This document shows, piece after piece, positions 8,660-16,662 of a stretch of DNA of 20,000 nucleotides (its first letter is position 1; every line of letters starts with the position of its first letter). The DNA is from an uncultured virus (IMG/VR IMGVR_UViG_3300030329_003992) (taxonomy: Duplodnaviria; Heunggongvirae; Uroviricota; Caudoviricetes): IMG/VR virus record IMGVR_UViG_3300030329_003992, one strand, 5' to 3'. Both the position numbers and the translations under genes were made by a program. The notes beneath the pieces are model-generated. The model saw nothing but the letters and a program-made list of their open reading frames with translations, was not told where the DNA came from and ran no database searches.

Positions 8660-8895
8660 ATACATGGGTAGAATATTATAAGTTTACTGATAAAAGAAAT
8701 AATACACACGCTCAAATGAAAGAAAGTGCCAAATGGGTAGACCCTGACCCTAGTATCATTCAGAAAAGATTCTTTGATAAGATGAAAGACGCAAAAGAGT
8801 TTGCGAGAAGAATGGAAGAAGATGGTTACATGGTATCAATTAAAAAAGACGGCATGTCTGGTGGTATGGGCAGTTTTGATAGGTTTAAGTGTTAG
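8656..8895 (+). CDS. Hypothetical protein
   Basis: 79 aa, ATGA-coupled. Confidence 0.65.
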   Translation: MNTWVEYYKFTDKRNNTHAQMKESAKWVDPDPSIIQKRFFDKMKDAKEFARRMEEDGYMVSIKKDGMSGGMGSFDRFKC

Positions 8896-9082
8896 TAGTT
8901 GTATTCAAAAAACAACTTGCTGGAAAATAGTAAATGGTGGAAAATGCGTACCTATACAATCTTATGAAGAATGGAACCGATGTGTTATGCCGTGTGAAAA
9001 TATTATAATTAATTCTAAAACTAAACCATATAATCCTGAAAATAATAAATGGGTTAGACCTAGACCATATGCTTATCCATGA
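8822..9082 (+). CDS. Putative small Cys-rich lipoprotein (ORF-track start 8801)
   Basis: KK + LVVWAVLIGLS + VSSC lipobox-like sequence, with four further Cys; ends in ATGA coupling. Confidence 0.55.
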   Translation: MVTWYQLKKTACLVVWAVLIGLSVSSCIQKTTCWKIVNGGKCVPIQSYEEWNRCVMPCENIIINSKTKPYNPENNKWVRPRPYAYP

Positions 9083-9276
9083 GTGAACACGAATACGTTT
9101 GGGAATTGTTATATCATATGAATTGTGGTGAGTGTCAAAATTGGTGGAGTTATGCGACTGATTCTAATGGTAAAATTCAACATTTTGAATGGAATATGAC
9201 AGGTAAAAAAATGTTTTGTCCTCACTGTGGTGCTGAAAAAGAATTAAAAGTAAAAGAGGGGTGGATAGATGAATGA
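9079..9276 (+). CDS. Zinc-ribbon protein
   Basis: CGEC ... CPHCG. Confidence 0.75.
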   Translation: MSEHEYVWELLYHMNCGECQNWWSYATDSNGKIQHFEWNMTGKKMFCPHCGAEKELKVKEGWIDE

Positions 9277-9481
9277 CAGATTAAAAAATCAAATGGAAAG
9301 ATTTTTACAATTATTGTATCAAGAATATTATAGACAAGAAACATTACAAGAACGTGCAGAAGTAAAATTTGAAATTGAACAAGTTAAGAAAGATTTAAAA
9401 ATGTTACATAGTGAAGTAGTTGATGCAAGACTAACGAAGCAATGGGAACATTTACTTGGAAACGATATACCAGAAGTATAA
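9269..9481 (+). CDS. Hypothetical protein
   Basis: 70 aa, overlap-coupled. Confidence 0.6.
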   Translation: MNDRLKNQMERFLQLLYQEYYRQETLQERAEVKFEIEQVKKDLKMLHSEVVDARLTKQWEHLLGNDIPEV

Positions 9482-9737
9482 GCCAGCTCACGAATTATTA
9501 ATTGAATATTACACCTATAATGATTTAAGAATAATTATTAGAGATGAGTGGAAAGAAGAAGATGAAAAGTATGAAAAACAATGTATCAAGTTATATAAAG
9601 AATATGAAGAAGCGGCAGCAAGAGAAAAACAAATATCAGAAAATTCCAAATCTGCAAGAATAGCAAAAAAACTTGAACAGATGAGACTAACAAATGATTT
9701 AATTGAAAAAATTAAATATAGAAACGAACGGAAATAA
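9456..9737 (+). CDS. Hypothetical protein
   Basis: 93 aa, TTG start, fills the gap before the msmA-like gene. Confidence 0.55.
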   Translation: METIYQKYKPAHELLIEYYTYNDLRIIIRDEWKEEDEKYEKQCIKLYKEYEEAAAREKQISENSKSARIAKKLEQMRLTNDLIEKIKYRNERK

Positions 9738-9738
9738 C

Positions 9739-10842
9739 ATGCCAGCAAGAAATCTAGCAAAATGGAATACGGTTCCGGGTAAACTACAAGATGGTGAGTA
9801 TGTTGACAGTAGAATATATTCTGATGAAGATATATTTAACAAAGAGTTAAAAACTATTTTTAGTAAAGTTTGGATTCCTGTTTGTCATGAATCAGAATTA
9901 CCAGAAACATTTAGTTTTAGAACGTCATCTATTGCTAAAGTACCTGTGATAGTTGTGCGTGATAAAAATGAAGTAAAAGCATTTAGTAATATGATTGAAC
10001 GCCGACCAAGAGGTGTTTTAGATGTGATGCCAGATACTTATTCTTTACATTGTGACGTTAAGTTTGGTGGATTTGTATGGGTGACATTAAATGAGAATCC
10101 GCCCACAATAGAAGAATGGGTTGATGGTTCATTTGATTGTATGAAAGAATCACTTAATGCGGAACCGTTAGATGTATTTCATTATCATAAAGCAATTATA
10201 CCATGTAATTTTAAATTATGGCATGATACTAATTCAGAATTTTATCATGACTATTTACATTTTCACAACAGAGTGACGGGTTTTAATGATTCATATTTTG
10301 CTAGAGAAAATAAATGTTTTAATAATGGTCACGTCAATGTTGGTTCTTTTGAGGTTCAATATGATCAATACGAAGGTTTTGAATCGAGAGAGGAATTATC
10401 CTTTCCTTATCTACCAACAAACCACTGGGAAATGATTGATATGTTTCCAGGTATTAATTTTAATTTAAGAGGTTCAGCGTTGCGTGTGGATGTAATGACA
10501 CCGCTTAGTCCAGATAAAGTAATGATTGAGTTTCGTGGTTTAGGATTAAAAAAAGATACACCAGAAGAAAGATTGGTAAGACAAAGACATCATAATTCAA
10601 TTTGGGGTCCATTTGGAAGAAATTTACATGAAGATTTACTTGCGGTGACTACTCAACAAGGATCAATGCACAGTTCAGCAGATCCAAGAAGAATCTTACA
10701 TGGTAGACATGAAAATAATACTATTCACGATGAGGTTGGAATGCGACATTTTTATGATGAATGGGGTAAGTGGATGAATATTAATCCAAGTAAACCTACA
10801 GAAGAATATCCATATCAAGTTGAAGAAAGAATGATTGCATGA
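9739..10842 (+). CDS. msmA: Methanesulfonate monooxygenase alpha-subunit (MsmA)-like Rieske oxygenase lacking the Rieske CxH/CxxH ligands (ORF-track start 9703)
   Basis: IYSDEDIFNKELKTIFSKVWIPVCHESELP, GGFVWV, VFHYHKA, KLWHDTNSEFYHDY, LRVD, IEFRGLGLK, IWGPFGRNLHEDLL and TIHDEVGMRHFYDEW match MsmA segments as I recall them. No CxH...CxxH motif is present. Confidence 0.85.
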   Translation: MPARNLAKWNTVPGKLQDGEYVDSRIYSDEDIFNKELKTIFSKVWIPVCHESELPETFSFRTSSIAKVPVIVVRDKNEVKAFSNMIERRPRGVLDVMPDTYSLHCDVKFGGFVWVTLNENPPTIEEWVDGSFDCMKESLNAEPLDVFHYHKAIIPCNFKLWHDTNSEFYHDYLHFHNRVTGFNDSYFARENKCFNNGHVNVGSFEVQYDQYEGFESREELSFPYLPTNHWEMIDMFPGINFNLRGSALRVDVMTPLSPDKVMIEFRGLGLKKDTPEERLVRQRHHNSIWGPFGRNLHEDLLAVTTQQGSMHSSADPRRILHGRHENNTIHDEVGMRHFYDEWGKWMNINPSKPTEEYPYQVEERMIA

Positions 10843-11204
10843 AACAACATAATATTGCATTAACTATAACTGCCGTTGTTTTTATTTTTGTTATGTCTAT
10901 CATAATATGGAAAAGAGATTTAATGGCACACCCTGATACCAGTACTCCGTATTGGTATCCTTCAAATTTCATATATGGATATATTAACGGGTGTGCTGAT
11001 CAAGTAGAAAAAAACCAAGTCCCATTTACGCAAATGATGTGGCCAGAACAAGTAAGAGAAGTGTGCGGTTGTGTAGTTGATGCGTTTAGACATTCTGTTA
11101 CATATGAAGAAATTATAGATAATGCAACTAATGATCAAATGGTATTGATCGCTACTGCTACATTTCCTGTTTGTGTAGATGAGGTAATAAGAAGAAATCA
11201 ATGA
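10839..11204 (+). CDS. Membrane-anchored/exported protein with EVCxC motif
   Basis: N-terminal TM helix; GC...MWPEQVREVCGCVVDAF...PVC. Confidence 0.75.
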   Translation: MKQHNIALTITAVVFIFVMSIIIWKRDLMAHPDTSTPYWYPSNFIYGYINGCADQVEKNQVPFTQMMWPEQVREVCGCVVDAFRHSVTYEEIIDNATNDQMVLIATATFPVCVDEVIRRNQ

Positions 11205-11419
11205 CTAAAATACCACTTAAAATGTGGTGCGTGTTAATTATTTGTATTTTATTTGTTGGATGTAAACCACTGAATAAACTTTTAAAAAAGAAAACAAAGA
11301 CTATTGAAGTTGTAATATGTTCAGGCGGAATGCCAGATTGGAGTTGTAATGACAAAACTAGAATTGTTTCAAGAACCTTTCAAAATCCCACAACTATTTT
11401 CGAAAAAAGTAAGAGATGA
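11201..11419 (+). CDS. Putative small lipoprotein
   Basis: Hydrophobic leader ending LFVGC, ATGA-coupled; CSGGMPDWSC. Confidence 0.55.
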   Translation: MTKIPLKMWCVLIICILFVGCKPLNKLLKKKTKTIEVVICSGGMPDWSCNDKTRIVSRTFQNPTTIFEKSKR

Positions 11420-12722
11420 AATAAGAGATAATGCGACAAAAGTAAGTAATGAAATGTCACATAGAGATGTTTTTGTTTTTTCTAATGATAATGTTAAGAA
11501 AATAATTAGTCCTGTTTTAAGAGAAGCAATTGAAGATTGGGATAAGTACGATATAATTCGTTCAGATTATATTCATATCAAAGAACCATTCGGATTACAT
11601 TGGGATGCATTTTACGGATCAAGACCTGCTGATTATGCTCAAACTTGGGAATCTGCGACTCATTTAAGAAATCCATGGAAAACTTTATTTATTTGTATGG
11701 ACGATGATATAGAAGAAAGTCCATATAATGGAACAGTTTTCATGAAACAAAGATCATTCACTCCTTGGGATGTTGATTGGACAAAAGAGTTTCATGGTAA
11801 TGGTGAAACTGCATCATATTTTCGTCCTGGTTATCCTAACATGAAAATATATGATATTAATCAGAATAGAATAGATATGGTTGAAGATATGTTAATTCCT
11901 CAAAAAGATTTAGTTACAAGATTCAGACATATAGAAGATGAATGGTTGTGTGGTTTAGAGGTTGAGAAATATATCCCATGGCAAACTGGTGACGTATTTT
12001 TTAATGACACAACACAAATTCATTGTGGTGCAAATTGGGGTGTGGAACTAAGAAGTAAAAATACTTTGAGAGTACATTTTAAAGATCCAGATTATGATCA
12101 TAGAGTTGAATTTAAAGATGATTATCAAGATGATATACAAATTGATGAAATGGACTCACATGAAGAAACCGGTAAGAAAAATGCGGAACAGCATATTGTT
12201 TATATGAGTGGTGCGGATTCAGCTGCAAAAACATTTAGTTTAGGTTTACTTAAACTAGAAGAACATAAAGTAAATGATCATGGAGTTAAAATATTAATTA
12301 CTGGATTGCCTGGAAGTGGTAAGACAACATTAGCAAAAGAGTTGTCATATCATTTTAATATACCTCACTATAATGCTGATGTTATTAGAGAATTTACTAA
12401 TAATTATGCTCATGATAAAAGAGGAATTACTAAACAATTTGAGATAATGAAAAAGTTTAACTTTGGTATTTTAGATTTTGTTTGTCCTTATGATAAATAT
12501 AGAAACTTACTTCATGCGGATATTATTATTTGGATGGATACTATTAAAGAAAGTAAATATGAAGATACAAATAGTATTTTTGAAAAACCTTTAAAATATA
12601 ATTATAGGATTAAAGAATGGATTGGACGAGAAGAACTGCTCAACTCCTTGGAAGGTTTCAGCCCTGGCATCAGGGGCATACAGAATTATTTAAGAGAGCC
12701 CTTCGAGAAGTTGGTCAAGTAG
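11349..12722 (+). CDS. Fusion: 2OG-Fe(II) oxygenase-like domain + APS-kinase(CysC)-like P-loop kinase
   Basis: LHWD (HxD) ... WQTGDVFFNDTTQIHCG (distal His) ... KNTLR; then KILITGLPGSGKTTLAKEL, HYNADVIRE, DFVCP, WMDTI and FEKP. Confidence 0.75.
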   Translation: MTKLELFQEPFKIPQLFSKKVRDEIRDNATKVSNEMSHRDVFVFSNDNVKKIISPVLREAIEDWDKYDIIRSDYIHIKEPFGLHWDAFYGSRPADYAQTWESATHLRNPWKTLFICMDDDIEESPYNGTVFMKQRSFTPWDVDWTKEFHGNGETASYFRPGYPNMKIYDINQNRIDMVEDMLIPQKDLVTRFRHIEDEWLCGLEVEKYIPWQTGDVFFNDTTQIHCGANWGVELRSKNTLRVHFKDPDYDHRVEFKDDYQDDIQIDEMDSHEETGKKNAEQHIVYMSGADSAAKTFSLGLLKLEEHKVNDHGVKILITGLPGSGKTTLAKELSYHFNIPHYNADVIREFTNNYAHDKRGITKQFEIMKKFNFGILDFVCPYDKYRNLLHADIIIWMDTIKESKYEDTNSIFEKPLKYNYRIKEWIGREELLNSLEGFSPGIRGIQNYLREPFEKLVK

Positions 12723-12964
12723 TAATATTATTAAGAACAACAGAAAAGGATGAAAATAATCCTTATTCTATTGAAGAAAGAACAGAATTTATTAAAGAGG
12801 CATTGAAAGATTTTGATCAAAATCTATTTCACATTATGCCTGTTCCTAATATAGCACAAGTTGCTTACGGACGTGACGTTGGTTATAGTTTTCAATGTTA
12901 TAGAATGGATATGAATGTGGAAAGTATATCAGCAACAGACATAAGAAATGAAACTAATCTATGA
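12617..12964 (+). CDS. Cytidylyltransferase-like (HIGH-motif) nucleotidyltransferase
   Basis: GRFQPWHQGH, NPYSIEER, YGRDVGY and ISATDIR. Confidence 0.88.
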   Translation: MDWTRRTAQLLGRFQPWHQGHTELFKRALREVGQVVILLRTTEKDENNPYSIEERTEFIKEALKDFDQNLFHIMPVPNIAQVAYGRDVGYSFQCYRMDMNVESISATDIRNETNL

Positions 12965-13433
12965 AAGACCAGATAGGGAAATTTGGGATGATGGTAAATA
13001 TATAATAAAGAAGGTTATAAAAACTAACTTTAAGTTTTGTATAGAAGATTATAATAGATTTCAAAATTTAAATAAGGAGTTTGTTGAGATAACTAAATTT
13101 GAAGATTGTGATGATCACTATATAGTTACTATGCCCAAGATTAAAGGTCATCATTGGGTTGAAATGAGGAATAGAGTTTCAAAAGAGTGTGTTTACAATA
13201 TGAATTTTGTTAATTATTTCAAATGGATAGGGTCTTTTATTGATTTTTCTATGGGACATGAGCGTATATTTTATCATGAAGATCTTAATTATGGAAATGT
13301 TTTAATTGATGGTGATTTGAATTCATATGTTATTGATCCTGACTCTATGGTATGGGAAACCAGAGAGAGGTTTTTGGTGAAAATATTAAAACAATATACA
13401 GATTTCACTAATGACAAAAGAAGAAAAAGATAA
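12948..13433 (+). CDS. Minimal protein-kinase-like (APH/Kdo/RIO-type) phosphotransferase
   Basis: IIKK, IVTMPKIKG, HEDLNYGNVLID (HxDxxxxN) and VIDPDS. Confidence 0.7.
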   Translation: MKLIYERPDREIWDDGKYIIKKVIKTNFKFCIEDYNRFQNLNKEFVEITKFEDCDDHYIVTMPKIKGHHWVEMRNRVSKECVYNMNFVNYFKWIGSFIDFSMGHERIFYHEDLNYGNVLIDGDLNSYVIDPDSMVWETRERFLVKILKQYTDFTNDKRRKR

Positions 13434-13785
13434 ACTTAGATATAAATTAGAAATTCAATATAGATTTAAATTATATTCAGATCCAGCTTTCCCATATTTT
13501 CAATCAATGGGAGTGCAGAATATATTTCAAGGATTTAGAAATGGTGATGAGTATCTTGGACATTTAGAAATGAGATGGAGAAAAGAAACGTTTTGGGAAG
13601 CTATATGGCACGATGAGGAAGCGACAGTTATTGAAAAGGCTAAAGACTTATACGAAAATAGTATAGTTGATTGGGATAAAGTTATGACTATTTTTCAAGA
13701 AACATTTGTTAAGTCAAAATTGAAACAATTAAAAAAACAAATAGAAGAAAAGATGGAAGAAGAAATACCGGAGTTGTTAAACTAA
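13411..13785 (+). CDS. Hypothetical protein
   Basis: 124 aa, overlap- and TAATG-coupled. Confidence 0.7.
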   Translation: MTKEEKDKLRYKLEIQYRFKLYSDPAFPYFQSMGVQNIFQGFRNGDEYLGHLEMRWRKETFWEAIWHDEEATVIEKAKDLYENSIVDWDKVMTIFQETFVKSKLKQLKKQIEEKMEEEIPELLN

Positions 13786-14255
13786 TGTCAGAACTTAAAA
13801 AATGTTCACTAGAACAAGCAATAGCATATACACCACATGATCCAGTAAGACCAAACATTCCTGCCAATTGGAGGGTTTCTGGCGCCAATGAGATGTACTA
13901 TACCAACGGATCGTGGGGAGAAATAGATAAACCAAATGCAGTTTTGTGTATGTCAAACTTAAAAGCGATTCCAAAAGATGAGAGTGAATTGATGTCATTG
14001 GGGTTTGGTGAAATTGCTATATTTTATACTGTCTGGTCAAATGTAAAAGGTGCGGGTCGTGATATTATTTTTAAAGTTTGGGATATGTTAAAGGAAAGAA
14101 AAACTAATAGAAGATATGTAACATTAAGTCCTAAAACTGAAATGGCAAAAAAGTTTCATTTAAGTAATGGAGCAAAACTAATAGCGACAAATGATACAAC
14201 TTATAACTTTGAATATGGTGCAGTAACACTTGAAGAAGTACGAGGATGGATGTGA
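13785..14255 (+). CDS. GNAT-fold protein with malonyl-CoA decarboxylase-like motifs
   Basis: AIFYTVWS..KGAGRDII, VTLSP and AKKFHLSNGA; GGAG RBS. Confidence 0.7.
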   Translation: MSELKKCSLEQAIAYTPHDPVRPNIPANWRVSGANEMYYTNGSWGEIDKPNAVLCMSNLKAIPKDESELMSLGFGEIAIFYTVWSNVKGAGRDIIFKVWDMLKERKTNRRYVTLSPKTEMAKKFHLSNGAKLIATNDTTYNFEYGAVTLEEVRGWM

Positions 14256-14440
14256 AGGAATGGATTAATAAAAGAGTCAAAGAATTAAATTCAAATAATG
14301 TTATACTTTTTCCAAAAACTAATGAATATTATAATAGACTATCAAGAGAAAACCATGCGAAAGAAATTGTAGCGGAGATAATAGACAATGCAATTTACGC
14401 CTTCGGCAGCAAAAGAGATAACAAAAATAATGATACGTGA
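14246..14440 (+). CDS. Hypothetical protein
   Basis: 64 aa, GAGG upstream, NVILFP motif. Confidence 0.55.
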   Translation: MDVKEWINKRVKELNSNNVILFPKTNEYYNRLSRENHAKEIVAEIIDNAIYAFGSKRDNKNNDT

Positions 14441-14756
14441 TGGTCTGTCACCAGAAACTCATGCGGTAAGAATGGGTGTGAAAGGTGGCGGTTGTTCTGG
14501 TTTAACTTATACTTTAGATTTTGATGATAGAAAAAGAAAATTTGACTTGACTTATGAGTCGAATGGTATTACAATATTAGTAGATAAAAAATCTAATTTA
14601 TATATTGGAAAAACAGAAATTGATTGGAGTTATAATTTAATGGATAGAGGTTTGAAATTTAATAATCCACACGCCAAAGGTTCTTGTGGATGTAAAACTA
14701 GTTTTATGATTGATATGCCACAAGAAGAACAAAGGGTGCCGTCATGGATGACTTGA
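14388..14756 (+). CDS. iscA: A-type Fe-S cluster carrier (IscA/SufA), copy 2
   Basis: FTPSAA, VRMGVKGGGCSGLTYTLDF, VDKKS and FNNPHAKGSCGCKTSF. Confidence 0.93.
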   Translation: MQFTPSAAKEITKIMIRDGLSPETHAVRMGVKGGGCSGLTYTLDFDDRKRKFDLTYESNGITILVDKKSNLYIGKTEIDWSYNLMDRGLKFNNPHAKGSCGCKTSFMIDMPQEEQRVPSWMT

Positions 14757-15001
14757 GCAAAAAAGAAAGGGACGGTCATTGGTATGTCCCAGGAAAAACA
14801 GAACATGAAAAAGTTCATGTAAATGAACATGAAACATTACAACAATTACAACGTCATGCTTTAAATGGAAAACATGATGAATTTTTTGAACTATTAAAAA
14901 CAGTCCCTGGCAGTGATAAAAGACGGGACATTATTATGATGTGCGATATGCACGGGAGCGGGAATGGAGAATATAAACATCAAGACAAGTCCGACGGGTA
15001 G
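14744..15001 (+). CDS. Hypothetical protein
   Basis: 85 aa, overlap-coupled. Confidence 0.6.
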   Translation: MDDLSKKERDGHWYVPGKTEHEKVHVNEHETLQQLQRHALNGKHDEFFELLKTVPGSDKRRDIIMMCDMHGSGNGEYKHQDKSDG

Positions 15002-16208
15002 GAGTCCAAAGGGCAAATGGTATTTTGGAGAAAACACAATCAAATTGGATAGAGATCGTCCAAATGAGTGTCAAATAGGCAACATAGCAGATTTTAATAT
15101 ATTGTATGAAAGAATGATTTCTTGCCATTATGAATATAAAAGTATGTTTAGAACTTGTGGAATTGATTTTGGAGTAGCGACTACAAGTGCAGATCATCAC
15201 AAATTCGTTGGCAATATGTTTCACCATACAAGATTAGGAGATAAACAAAATTTAACAGGTGATTGGAAAATCTATCATAACATGGAACTAGAAGGCAATC
15301 CGTGGGTTTACATTCATTTAGATCGACGAGAAGTGTTAATCATGGGTACTAGTTTTTTAGGTGAAATTAAAAAGTGTGTGTTTAGTATTGTTGGTTTAGT
15401 TTTGCCAGAAAACGGTATACTTCCGATGCATTGTTCTGCGTTTGAATATGGTGACGAATATGATAAGTACATTTTACCACAAACCGCACTAATGTTTGGT
15501 TTAAGTGGAACTGGAAAAACAACATTAAGTGCAGATCCAGAATATAGATTAATTGGAGACGATGAGATCGCATGGTATGAAAGTGGCTTATCATTCATTG
15601 AAGCAGGATGTTATGCGAAAATAGATGGATTAACAGAAGAACAACAACCAACTATTTTTGAGGCAATGGAGAATGCGAAAAGTCAAGGTTTACTAATTGA
15701 AGAAAATTTAGGTGTACCAAATGCGAGAAGTAGTTATCCCCTTCGTTGTGTACCTGATGCGATTACAGATAGGGCACATTTTGATCATCCAAAAAACATT
15801 TTCTTTTTAGCGTTAGATGCGACTGGAACACTACCAGCCATTTCTAAAATAGAAGGAATGACAATCAGAAAACTATTTGAGACAGGCTATACAAGTAAAA
15901 TGCCTGGAACTGAAGATGGAGTGAAAGAGATTCAAAAAGTATATTCACCTTGTTATGGTAGTCCGTTCATGCCACTACCCGTCAAGACATATAGTGATAT
16001 GTTAATGGATAGAGTAATTGAAAATGAATGTAACGTATTTTTAGTTAATACTGGAATGAATAGTGAAGGAGAAAGATTTCCTTTAAATGATACACGAAAT
16101 TGTATTAAGAAAGTTTTAGATTATGACTATGAGATTGAAGAAATGGAATGGACTAATCCTATTCAGCCATGTAAAGTTGGAACAATTAATATAGGAAAGG
16201 TAATATAA
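14964..16208 (+). CDS. pckA: Phosphoenolpyruvate carboxykinase (ATP), shortened
   Basis: TGRSPK, GEIKK, LPMHCSA, FGLSGTGKTTLSADP, LIGDDE, EAGCYAK, NARSSYP, GYTSKMPGTE, CYGSPF and FLVNTG. Confidence 0.93.
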   Translation: MENINIKTSPTGRSPKGKWYFGENTIKLDRDRPNECQIGNIADFNILYERMISCHYEYKSMFRTCGIDFGVATTSADHHKFVGNMFHHTRLGDKQNLTGDWKIYHNMELEGNPWVYIHLDRREVLIMGTSFLGEIKKCVFSIVGLVLPENGILPMHCSAFEYGDEYDKYILPQTALMFGLSGTGKTTLSADPEYRLIGDDEIAWYESGLSFIEAGCYAKIDGLTEEQQPTIFEAMENAKSQGLLIEENLGVPNARSSYPLRCVPDAITDRAHFDHPKNIFFLALDATGTLPAISKIEGMTIRKLFETGYTSKMPGTEDGVKEIQKVYSPCYGSPFMPLPVKTYSDMLMDRVIENECNVFLVNTGMNSEGERFPLNDTRNCIKKVLDYDYEIEEMEWTNPIQPCKVGTINIGKVI

Positions 16209-16343
16209 ATGGCAAAGGCAAAAGAATATAAATTTAAATCTAATACTAACAAGAGAACTGAAATTGGAAGATCTAGATGGTCAAGACCAAAAAACAAACA
16301 CAAGCGAAGAAACTGGAAGCGTTATAGAGGACAAGGTAAGTAA
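16209..16343 (+). CDS. Small basic protein ending KRYRGQGK (44 aa, not in ORF track)
   Basis: ATG directly after the pckA stop, AGGAAAGG upstream; MAKAKEYKFKSNTNKRTEIGRSRWSRPKNKHKRRNWKRYRGQGK. Confidence 0.75.
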   Translation: MAKAKEYKFKSNTNKRTEIGRSRWSRPKNKHKRRNWKRYRGQGK

Positions 16344-16662
16344 GGCTCCAGCTCTTGAACCAAACAAACCAATTATTAAGAGAGAGAAAACTTACCTTTA
16401 TCACGCGAATAAACAATACACTCAATTAAAAGAACAAGCAGATTTATTAATAAAACAAGCAGAACTAATTCAAGAAAGAGTTAACTTAGCAGAACATATA
16501 TATTCGATAGACTTTAATTTTAAACCAGTTTTATTAAAAGAATATTTCTTATATGAAAAAGGACTATCACTAATCAGTCCACGTGAATGGAATCATGAAC
16601 ATTTGGGTGACTTCATTTCGACAGTTAGGCAGTTAGGAGATAGTACTTGGGAAAAGACGTAG
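16264..16662 (+). CDS. DUF2452-like protein (start uncertain)
   Basis: LKEQADLLIKQAELIQER...FNFKPVLLKEYFLYE...LSLISPREW...GDSTW resembles DUF2452 as I recall it. Confidence 0.65.
   Translation: MEDLDGQDQKTNTSEETGSVIEDKVSKAPALEPNKPIIKREKTYLYHANKQYTQLKEQADLLIKQAELIQERVNLAEHIYSIDFNFKPVLLKEYFLYEKGLSLISPREWNHEHLGDFISTVRQLGDSTWEKT

Noticed and set aside
9988..10053. Frameshift or intron hiding the Rieske motif in another frame
   Set aside because: The frame is continuous, and the segment between the conserved flanks is too short to encode the missing cluster-binding subdomain.
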